A stretch of 64,000 nt of DNA from Alphaproteobacteria bacterium (GTDB lineage Bacteria; Pseudomonadota; Alphaproteobacteria; Rs-D84; CACZYB01): NCBI GenBank assembly GCA_016297965.1, contig JAEDDP010000003.1:15789-79788 (forward strand), read 5' to 3'. The notes under the pieces were generated by a model. It worked only from the letters and a program-made list of their open reading frames with translations. It did not search any database and was not told the DNA's origin. Every line of letters begins with the position of its first letter. Within the stretch, counting starts at the first letter, position 1. This document shows, in pieces, positions 1-7,609 of this stretch. The translations under genes were made by a program, and so were the position numbers.

Positions 1-2009
1 TCGGTGCCATTTGATGTGGATTTTGACTTATCCTTCTTTTCCCCATTCTTTTTAAACTTTGGTTCACCAACGGTTACCGACTTTGCCAAACTGATAGGTG
101 CCAAAACTATATTTTTAATGTTTTTACCAAGGCTTATACCACCAGATGATATACCATAAGATGATGCAAATTCACCAAGTTTGTTATATACATAATATAT
201 ACAATACACTATAAATAGGAATTTTGAAACAGATAATAAATCAACCGGAATATTATTCGTAATTATTGATGTATCATTTTGTTCAATGGCCCGATTTAAT
301 ATTTGCAAAATGTTTTCCTTTGTATTCACAAAATAAAATGAATTAAGTAATGCAGAATTAAAAAGCGCAAATACGGCAAGATTTATCATGGTAAGTCCAA
401 ATTTTCGTGACATTTCAATAATACTTTTTATACTGGTACTAATCCCAACAATATTAAAGGCGTAACCAAACACCGCGAACGGCCAAATGATGGCGAGTTT
501 TAAAAAGTCAAGCAAACCATCAAGGACATAAAATGAAATCATAAGTCCGATTGAAAAATATAATCCAAAGATAACCACACCAAAAACAAAGCCCAAAAAT
601 TTGTGTTCCGATTTTGATGAAAAATTAAACAGGTCGCGGACAAGGACTTCGCCCATTGTCATTTGCCGTCCGTTTGCTTCAAGTGTGTTTGTTAAAAAGC
701 AAACTATATTTCCCATTGTATCCTTTGAAATAATGGATGAATTTTGTAATCGTTCAAGGCTTTTTGCTTGTTCAACCTTTATAATCGGAGGAACCGCCGT
801 TTCATTTTGTTCTGTACGATGTTCGGCATTTATTTTATCAACAACAGATGCTCCATCACAACTGTACCTTGTCCCAGAGGTAGTCCCAACCTGCATCACA
901 GAATCTGAAATTGCCATAGTTAGGTTAAGTACAGGTTCCATAGTCCAAGAAAACAATATTTTTGGTGGCACCAAAATAAGTGTGCAAACGACCAAAATTT
1001 TTTGTAATTGTTTTGCAATGCTTTTTGGATAGTAAGAAAAATCACTTTCAAATGGAAGCCCCTTAAATCCCTTAAAAAACTCAAATACCATAAAAAGACA
1101 TCCAAACACAAAAAGGAAAGTTACAATAATTCCGGAAAAATGGGAATACATATAATCAAACAAATATGATATTTCATTAAATATCATTACAATGTGAGGG
1201 CAAAGATAACAATGGCTGTTTCGGTTTACCATTTCCTGAATTGTTTTTGGTTTACATACACTATTGTTCCATTTTATGTTTGTTGTTTGATTGGATAGTG
1301 ATGAAAAATAAACCTCACGTGTTTGTTTGCCAAGCGCCCGATTGTCGAGAATTGTTGCAACGGTTTCACCAAAAATATTTTCCAACTTGTTTCCATTTAA
1401 CACAACCGGAGAAAGGACCGGTGGTAATGCAGAGATAAGTTTTCGGTATGTTGGAGCATCAGTTTCATAAAGACTGTTATCAACAGAATATGTTGCATCA
1501 TTTTGAATTATAGAGCAGGAACGGTACCCCTTATCCTTATTCAAAATATCACCAATTTTGTTTCCATCAAATATTGCATTGTTGGCTTCAAAATTTTTGT
1601 ATGTTGCAATTATGTATGGGGCATTTCCCCTTGCCTCCGCCACCAGGGATTTTATAAAATCATCGGTTGAATTTGGAGTGGCAAGGCGGGAATAATCATC
1701 CTCATCAATATATTCATTAACAAGGTCCGGTGTTAGTCCAATTTTTCGTAAATATGAAATGTTTTTTTGAACTTCACTTGGATAAAGCTTTTCATATTCG
1801 GAAAGCGAAATGTTGCCACGTTTTGATGAAATAAGGTATGAAATATCACTGCAATAATATGACGGTGAATATTCGGATAATACAACAGATGCCGATGGAA
1901 AATAAAATTTTGCATTATCATAGGTGCAATTTGACGGCGCGGAATATGCCCCCACAGAAAGGTAAAACATAGGAATAAAAAATAACAATGTATGTATAAA
2001 TTTTCTCAT
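1..2009 (-). CDS. Partial (3'-truncated at window start) large secreted/polytopic membrane protein; tentatively VirB6/TrbL-like T4SS paralog. ATG at 2009..2007; no stop before position 1 (>660 codons).
   Basis: Manual reverse-strand translation from the ATG at 2009 gives an uninterrupted ORF. It starts MRKFIHTLLFFIPMFYLSVGAYSAPS (signal peptide), followed by a ~300 aa hydrophilic domain and several hydrophobic helices. It is not in the ORF track because no stop lies within the window. It is separated by 1 nt from the upstream paralog-like gene 2010..3686. Confidence 0.5.
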   Translation of the reverse strand, partial: MRKFIHTLLFFIPMFYLSVGAYSAPSNCTYDNAKFYFPSASVVLSEYSPSYYCSDISYLISSKRGNISLSEYEKLYPSEVQKNISYLRKIGLTPDLVNEYIDEDDYSRLATPNSTDDFIKSLVAEARGNAPYIIATYKNFEANNAIFDGNKIGDILNKDKGYRSCSIIQNDATYSVDNSLYETDAPTYRKLISALPPVLSPVVLNGNKLENIFGETVATILDNRALGKQTREVYFSSLSNQTTNIKWNNSVCKPKTIQEMVNRNSHCYLCPHIVMIFNEISYLFDYMYSHFSGIIVTFLFVFGCLFMVFEFFKGFKGLPFESDFSYYPKSIAKQLQKILVVCTLILVPPKILFSWTMEPVLNLTMAISDSVMQVGTTSGTRYSCDGASVVDKINAEHRTEQNETAVPPIIKVEQAKSLERLQNSSIISKDTMGNIVCFLTNTLEANGRQMTMGEVLVRDLFNFSSKSEHKFLGFVFGVVIFGLYFSIGLMISFYVLDGLLDFLKLAIIWPFAVFGYAFNIVGISTSIKSIIEMSRKFGLTMINLAVFALFNSALLNSFYFVNTKENILQILNRAIEQNDTSIITNNIPVDLLSVSKFLFIVYCIYYVYNKLGEFASSYGISSGGISLGKNIKNIVLAPISLAKSVTVGEPKFKKNGEKKDKSKSTSNGT

Positions 2010-3686
2010 TTATGTATTTTCATCCCCAGTGTTATTTTTGTTTTTTCCAGAAAGTCTTTTTAAAAGATAGTCCAATTTTGACCCGCGGTCCTGTAATTTA
2101 GTTTCACCACTTTTCCGATAATCCTTAACCTCACGAATAACGGATTTTGTAAGGGATAGTGTTGAAAGTCCCATACTTTTTAATGGTTGAACGAGTGAGG
2201 ATTCGGAAACACTTGCCCCAAACCATCCGGCAAATTTACCGGATTGCATCATTATTGCACCGTCAAGACCAATCGCAATAATCACATATACAAAATACCA
2301 TGTTGTTCCGACAAGTCGGTTAAATTCCTCAATATTGCCGGCCTTTAATAAACCAATTAAGGTTTGTGGTGTTGTTATGTTTGTTCCGGATGCGGAAAAC
2401 ATACCGCCCAAAATCCAATCATTGACTTCGGCACACATAACCATCGCAATACAGGTAAAGATAAGACGAAGGGCAAATGAAAATGTGTTTGAAATGGATA
2501 CTGTCGCATATCGTCGTGTCGTTTCAAAAATATAACAAACGGCAAGCACCGGCATTAAAATAATCGCCACACCAAGGAACAACATATATTCAACAATGAT
2601 AAATGAGAAAAACATATTTATGAAAAACAAACCAATAACCAAACATACACCGGCAAGTCCCATACGTACATCCTCGCTTGCGAAAATATTGGCAATAACG
2701 GCCATCGTTGCGGGAATACTGTTGTTATCCTGTAAAACCTCACCAGCCTTATTTATACGACGTGTCTTTTTTCCACCGGATTTAATATCACTTAATTCAT
2801 CAGCCATCCGATCTTCAACATCCCTTAACCGTTTACGAATCTTTTTTTCCTGCTCCTTTGAGGTGGAATTTGAAAGCATATCATTTAACTTGTCCCGCTT
2901 TTTACCCATTTTTTTAAACCACTTTTTGGAACCAAAATTTTTTGCAAATGAACCACCAATAAAAAATGCACCACGAATAACAATATATTCAATGGCAGTT
3001 GCAATCATTGGTTTAAGCCCATATTCAAACATTGATATTCCCAAATCCATATAATCATAACGAAGGACATTAACCTCCCGCATTAGGCAAACCATATTAT
3101 TTTTTGTATTTTCAGAAAGGACGTGCCCTTCCTTATAAATAAGAGTGGTTGGCATATTTTGACACGACGATGGTATTTTATCCTTTTGAATTATTTTTTT
3201 ACGGATAAATTCACGACCAACGCCACTTCCAAAATCAAGTGTAATTTCAAATGTGTTTGCAAAAATGTTTCGTGGATTATTAACAATAAAAAGTCCAACA
3301 ACAGCAACGGTCAAAAAAATCTTTTTATAAATATCCTTTATGTAATCAGCATTAAATTTTGGTGCATCAGGGTAAAGCATTGTATCAAGTGTTGGTTGAA
3401 ATGCCAAATATGTTTTATATACAACCCATAGGGCAAGACAGACAGATAAAACCTTAAATATTTCAGATTGAAAATATTCAAATGTTTGAAACGATATTAT
3501 TGAGAATACATCATACATACTTTCAAAAACAGAACAGGTCCAACAATCCTTTAATAACGGATACATCTTTGTTGTCAAAACGAATAAGGCAATGGTTACT
3601 AAAATGGTAAATATCCATTTTATCCAAGAGGCGACCTTGCCAATGGATGAAAATAAATCAAATCCGCTTGATTGATTAGATGCCAA
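2010..3686 (-). CDS. Polytopic inner-membrane protein (558 aa), tentatively VirB6/TrbL-like T4SS component.
   Basis: ORF track. Several TM helices at the N-terminus, a central basic coiled-coil segment (KKMGKKRDKLNDML...RKRLRDVEDRMADEL), a second TM cluster, and a hydrophilic basic C-terminus. This architecture and the tandem arrangement with the downstream membrane gene resemble rickettsial rvhB6 paralog arrays. No conserved motif could be verified by eye. Confidence 0.45.
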   Translation of the reverse strand: MASNQSSGFDLFSSIGKVASWIKWIFTILVTIALFVLTTKMYPLLKDCWTCSVFESMYDVFSIISFQTFEYFQSEIFKVLSVCLALWVVYKTYLAFQPTLDTMLYPDAPKFNADYIKDIYKKIFLTVAVVGLFIVNNPRNIFANTFEITLDFGSGVGREFIRKKIIQKDKIPSSCQNMPTTLIYKEGHVLSENTKNNMVCLMREVNVLRYDYMDLGISMFEYGLKPMIATAIEYIVIRGAFFIGGSFAKNFGSKKWFKKMGKKRDKLNDMLSNSTSKEQEKKIRKRLRDVEDRMADELSDIKSGGKKTRRINKAGEVLQDNNSIPATMAVIANIFASEDVRMGLAGVCLVIGLFFINMFFSFIIVEYMLFLGVAIILMPVLAVCYIFETTRRYATVSISNTFSFALRLIFTCIAMVMCAEVNDWILGGMFSASGTNITTPQTLIGLLKAGNIEEFNRLVGTTWYFVYVIIAIGLDGAIMMQSGKFAGWFGASVSESSLVQPLKSMGLSTLSLTKSVIREVKDYRKSGETKLQDRGSKLDYLLKRLSGKNKNNTGDENT

Positions 3687-3690
3687 TTAT

Positions 3691-3954
3691 TTACTTCCTT
3701 TTTTCCGTAAGTTTTTGATGTAATTCAATCAAATATTTTGCAAATTTTGACGACATAAATTTACGAAAATAATAATCAATTTTATCTTGAAGTTCCCGGT
3801 TCTGGCTGTTCGCCTTTATATACAAAATTCCAAGGCAAAAAATAATCACAGACCAGGATATGAAAAGTATTAAATATTTAAGTTTTGCAATAAGGACAAT
3901 TCCAAATAAAATGCCAATCATTGACAATAACAACTTTAAATTTCCAGAAAACAT
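3691..3954 (-). CDS. Small two-TM membrane protein (87 aa), co-operonic with the VirB6-like genes.
   Basis: ORF track. Two hydrophobic helices, then a basic C-terminal tail. Only a 4-nt gap to the downstream gene. Confidence 0.4.
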   Translation of the reverse strand: MFSGNLKLLLSMIGILFGIVLIAKLKYLILFISWSVIIFCLGILYIKANSQNRELQDKIDYYFRKFMSSKFAKYLIELHQKLTEKRK

Positions 3955-3957
3955 TTC

Positions 3958-3986
3958 TTGCCTCTCTTTCCTTTTTAGTATATAAT
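3958..3986 (+). promoter_or_regulatory. Putative sigma70-type promoter TTGCCT-N17-TATAAT for the 4031..7609 operon.
   Basis: ttgcct at 3958-3963, a 17-nt spacer, and tataat at 3981-3986, about 45 nt upstream of the GTG at 4031. Confidence 0.35.
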
Positions 3987-4030
3987 AACCAATAGATTAA
4001 AAATAATCAAATAAAATAAGGTTTTTTATA

Positions 4031-5296
4031 GTGGAAAATAATATAAAATCTGATACTTATGACAAAAAAAATCCCTTTGAGTCAAAAGAGGCACAAAAAC
4101 TTGCTTCTTTGGCAATAATTGATAAGGTTCGTTATGCCATAAAAAATTTAACAAAAGAAAAAGCAGTTGAAGAAATTCAAAAACTTCGTGATACGGATAA
4201 GGCACGATATTTTACGGGTGCTTTTGACCTTGCCGATGATTTTTTGAATGGAAAAATTCCGGAAAATGGTCGCGATGGTTTCAATTCAAAATTACAAAAA
4301 ATTGAAGATGATACTTTGGATATGATTGACAACCTTTCGGATAGTATTATTGAGGAAGGAATAAAAAAACAGACAAAACAAGAAATTGTTGATGAAATTA
4401 TGAATGAAAATCCGGATGCAAATAGGGATGAGGTGGAGGCAACCGTAAACGAGGCAATAGAGGATGAAAACGAGGCCTTTATTGATGAAAAACAAACCTT
4501 GTCCGATGAACCGTTTAAGCTTTCCCGACCAAAGGTTGATAAGATTAAAAAGATTTATACCTATAAAGTTGAAGGAAAGATTAAATCGGGTATACCAGAC
4601 CTTGATAATTTTTTGGCGATAATACAACCCGCAATAAATCAGGTGATTATTCAACCATGGAAGCTTATTTATGGAACCGTGGATGCAAAAAATTATGCAT
4701 TTGAAAAATTTGAAAACTGGCAATCAAAAATAAACAACCTTAAAACCGCCTGGGGGACACTTGAAAAACTTGGGGCAATTCCAAAGGATAAAAAGTTTAA
4801 ATATTTCGGCGATATAAATAAAAAGGAAGATGAGATTGCGGGATATTTCAATGCGTATGCAACCGACATTATGAATGACAAGTTTGTTGATAGTGAGGAA
4901 TTGGCAGAAAAAGGTCCACGAAAGAAATTGTTTGATTATACCCGTGAACCCTTACCCGCAAGAAAGACAATTGATGACATCCTTTTGAACCTTATTAAAA
5001 ATAATTGTCGTGGCGAAGATGGAAAGATTAGCGAAGGCGGGGCAAAACTCCTTAAAGGATTCAGTATTATGGTTGACCTTTTTAATAAGGAAGACAAGGA
5101 CAAAATTCCATCCGATTTTACATGTGATGTTGGCTATATTATGCAGGAAGCAAAGGGACGGACATCATACACAGATCAAAAAATTGAAGATGTGGATGTT
5201 GTTGGTATGATTGATGCAAGGGATAAAAAGGCAAAGGATGATGACTACCTTAAAAACTTGGCTGAGGCATTAGGACAGTTAAATGGAGGTAAGTAA
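4031..5296 (+). CDS. Hypothetical acidic protein (421 aa), first gene of a 5-gene operon. Carries the N-terminal motif DDFLNGKIPEN (aa 69-79), shared with the 6377..6943 product.
   Basis: ORF track (GTG start). Highly charged, with no TM segment or signal peptide. No family recognised. Confidence 0.5.
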   Translation: MENNIKSDTYDKKNPFESKEAQKLASLAIIDKVRYAIKNLTKEKAVEEIQKLRDTDKARYFTGAFDLADDFLNGKIPENGRDGFNSKLQKIEDDTLDMIDNLSDSIIEEGIKKQTKQEIVDEIMNENPDANRDEVEATVNEAIEDENEAFIDEKQTLSDEPFKLSRPKVDKIKKIYTYKVEGKIKSGIPDLDNFLAIIQPAINQVIIQPWKLIYGTVDAKNYAFEKFENWQSKINNLKTAWGTLEKLGAIPKDKKFKYFGDINKKEDEIAGYFNAYATDIMNDKFVDSEELAEKGPRKKLFDYTREPLPARKTIDDILLNLIKNNCRGEDGKISEGGAKLLKGFSIMVDLFNKEDKDKIPSDFTCDVGYIMQEAKGRTSYTDQKIEDVDVVGMIDARDKKAKDDDYLKNLAEALGQLNGGK

Positions 5297-5299
5297 TTT

Positions 5300-6364
5300 A
5301 TGAAAAAAATATTGTATTTGCTTCTTATAACCGGATTTCTGATTGCACCAATTGGATATTGGCTTATCACATGGTGGGGGGTTGATTTCAGTCATTTTCC
5401 ATCGTTTGCAAGGTTCAAATACATTTATTCACAGGACAGATTTTTAAGTATTGCCACATCAATAAATTCAGTGTTGTACTTGTTTGCAATCTATAAAATT
5501 ATTTTTTCAAATCCAGCACCAAAACAAAAAAAAGATGTGGTGAATGAAAAAAATGTTGTCGTAAATAAAAATACAAATGACAACATTACAAAGTGGGACA
5601 ACCTTTATGGTCCAAACAGGGTTGTAAATGCCACATCACCTACCGCAACAGAAAGAAATGATGCTATTCCTACTCCTACACCTTCACAAAATAGTAGGGA
5701 ACAGCAAAAAGTTGTTGAACGGGTTGAGGTAGAGGTTGAACCACCACAGGCAGGGACAAAGGTGGAGAAAAGTAATATAATCAATATGACAGAACCAGTG
5801 TCGGCAATGGAAGTTTACCAAAATCAAATCAATAATATTTTGGAAAATAACGGATATGCGGGGATGGGTGCGTGTGTTATAAATAACATTGATGTTGATT
5901 TTATCGCCGTGGCGGAAAGTGATACTTTGGTTGTCGGAATAATAAATACTGAATACGGTGATATCATTGCAAATGAAACGCCAAGTTCGGATGGTGAAGT
6001 TCCATCATGGTTTACGAATGAACGGAAATATCCATCGCCAGTTTGGGAGATAAAGACCGTTCAAAAGGCTGTTAATAAAATGATAAATGAGGTACTTCCT
6101 CCGGACAATGGAATCGTGGTGAAACCTGTTGTTGTAATACCAAATGCGAATGTTGCCAACCAATTGGATATGGAGGCGAAATGGAATGAGATTGGGGTTT
6201 CCGTTACACGATTTTTAAATCATTCTGAGCTTCCAAACCTTATTGATGTGTTGCCAGATAAAAAGGGAACCGAGGTATTGGAAAGTTATAAAACTTTTGT
6301 AAAAACACTGATTAAATATTTTTCACAAAAGAATAGAAAGTATCCAATGAAAAAGGCCGGATAG
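5300..6364 (+). CDS. Membrane-anchored protein (2 N-terminal TM helices, Pro/Thr-rich linker) with a C-terminal NERD-like / PD-(D/E)xK-like nuclease-related domain.
   Basis: GGAGG RBS; the start lies 4 nt after the upstream stop. The C-terminal segment GMGACVINNIDVDFIAVAESDTLVVGIINTEYGDIIANE...W resembles the NERD core (DhL.v...gvfvIEvKnysG.i...W). The E/K positions look substituted. Confidence 0.45.
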   Translation: MKKILYLLLITGFLIAPIGYWLITWWGVDFSHFPSFARFKYIYSQDRFLSIATSINSVLYLFAIYKIIFSNPAPKQKKDVVNEKNVVVNKNTNDNITKWDNLYGPNRVVNATSPTATERNDAIPTPTPSQNSREQQKVVERVEVEVEPPQAGTKVEKSNIINMTEPVSAMEVYQNQINNILENNGYAGMGACVINNIDVDFIAVAESDTLVVGIINTEYGDIIANETPSSDGEVPSWFTNERKYPSPVWEIKTVQKAVNKMINEVLPPDNGIVVKPVVVIPNANVANQLDMEAKWNEIGVSVTRFLNHSELPNLIDVLPDKKGTEVLESYKTFVKTLIKYFSQKNRKYPMKKAG

Positions 6365-6376
6365 GAGGTAGATTAA

Positions 6377-6943
6377 ATGTTGTTTAGTGAGGAATATTAC
6401 AAGGACTTAATCGCTAAACTTGGGCTTCCGGAAATGCCTATATCAAAGGTGATTTATAAGGGGAAAAATCTTCTTAACCCACAAACATTTCGGGATGATT
6501 TTTTAAAAATTTCAAAAAAGCTTATGCAATTTGTTTCATACAACAATATCGGACAACTTATAGAGGCAGGAATACCAATTGAAACCATTGATGAACTTCA
6601 CAATGGAATTATTCCCGAAAATATTTCTATATATATAAAAAAGCCAATTGAATATGGGGGAAAGTTGGAATTTTCAAATATGTTTTTGATTAGGACACGA
6701 CCATTTAAAAACATACTTGATACCTTTATGGATGAACAAATTTTAACATTTAACCGCGAACATCCCGGATATGACCGGAACAATGGCTTTATTTTACCAA
6801 CCGAACTTTATATTCCCAATCCGGAGGGGTTAATCTTTCTTCCGGCGTTAAAGGGATTTGCCGGTGCCGGTGGAAATACAACCACCGATAAAATGTCCGA
6901 AATTGGCAGTACTATGTTTTTAAAAAATGATGGAAGGTTTTAA
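6377..6943 (+). CDS. Putative toxin-like protein (188 aa). Shares a positionally conserved N-terminal motif (DELHNGIIPEN, aa 72-82) with the 4031 product. Possible HH-dyad (LHH/AHH-like) nuclease relic; unverified.
   Basis: AGGAGG RBS. It sits immediately upstream of a SUKH-type immunity gene, with a 3-nt gap. No signal peptide. Confidence 0.45.
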   Translation: MLFSEEYYKDLIAKLGLPEMPISKVIYKGKNLLNPQTFRDDFLKISKKLMQFVSYNNIGQLIEAGIPIETIDELHNGIIPENISIYIKKPIEYGGKLEFSNMFLIRTRPFKNILDTFMDEQILTFNREHPGYDRNNGFILPTELYIPNPEGLIFLPALKGFAGAGGNTTTDKMSEIGSTMFLKNDGRF

Positions 6944-6945
6944 TT

Positions 6946-7389
6946 ATGTTGTATGAAAAAGTAAAAAAATTAAAATCTTTGGTGAAAAATTCGGTAGTTT
7001 TTGATGGAGCAAAACCGGCAAAATTGGACTTTACCAATGCGGTGCTTACAAATTCAAAAAATGCGACACTTCCGCCAGAATACATTGAATTTTTGAAAAT
7101 AACAAATGGAATGATTATTCCTCCGTATGAATTTTATGGAAGTGAAGTTATTGACCGAAAAGATTATAATTATAAATACCCAAGTATTATGGAAATAAAC
7201 AAAACATTTGTGCAAAATAAAAACCCATTGATTGAAAACAGGGTTGTTATTGGCAATGTATTTTTTGACACAATCATATATGATAAATTTGACAATAATT
7301 ATAAGATTGTAAACAGGATAAATTTTGAAATTATTAAAAGTTTTTCATCGTTTTCAAACTTATTGGATTATATAATTGAAAGTATGTAA
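6946..7389 (+). CDS. SUKH-1 / SMI1-KNR4 family immunity protein (147 aa).
   Basis: Motif ATLPPEYIEFLKITNGMIIPPYEFYG matches the SMI1/KNR4 signature (LP.dY..FL...NGg). Size ~140 aa. A C-terminal VIGNVFFDTIIYD segment resembles the family's conserved C-terminal block. Confidence 0.55.
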   Translation: MLYEKVKKLKSLVKNSVVFDGAKPAKLDFTNAVLTNSKNATLPPEYIEFLKITNGMIIPPYEFYGSEVIDRKDYNYKYPSIMEINKTFVQNKNPLIENRVVIGNVFFDTIIYDKFDNNYKIVNRINFEIIKSFSSFSNLLDYIIESM

Positions 7390-7399
7390 GGAATAAAAA

Positions 7400-7609
7400 A
7401 TGCTTGAAAAACATTCAATTACAATTATGGGACATCATACAAGTATTACCTTAGAGCCGGAATTTTGGCAGGAGTTAAAAAATATTGCCACAAGGGAAAA
7501 TAAATCCGTCGGCAAAATTATTTCCGAAATTGATGCACCGGATTTGAATGAAAACCTTTCAAGTAATATTCGTGTATTCGTTTTAAAAAAGGTTAAGGGA
7601 TTATTGTAA
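7400..7609 (+). CDS. Ribbon-helix-helix (RHH_4-type) small protein conserved in Alphaproteobacteria.
   Basis: HSITIMGHHTSITLEPEFWQELKNIA...NLSSNIRVFVL closely matches the alphaproteobacterial RHH family, which is often misannotated as aryl-sulfate sulfotransferase. Confidence 0.6.
   Translation: MLEKHSITIMGHHTSITLEPEFWQELKNIATRENKSVGKIISEIDAPDLNENLSSNIRVFVLKKVKGLL

Noticed and set aside
601-1921. Short plus/minus ORFs in the first 2 kb (601..1032 +, 920..1111 -, 1241..1438 +, 1733..1921 -)
   Set aside because: They are antisense to or out of frame with the long uninterrupted minus-strand ORF (2009 to <1), which has a signal peptide and TM helices. Their products are Cys/Phe-rich and not protein-like.
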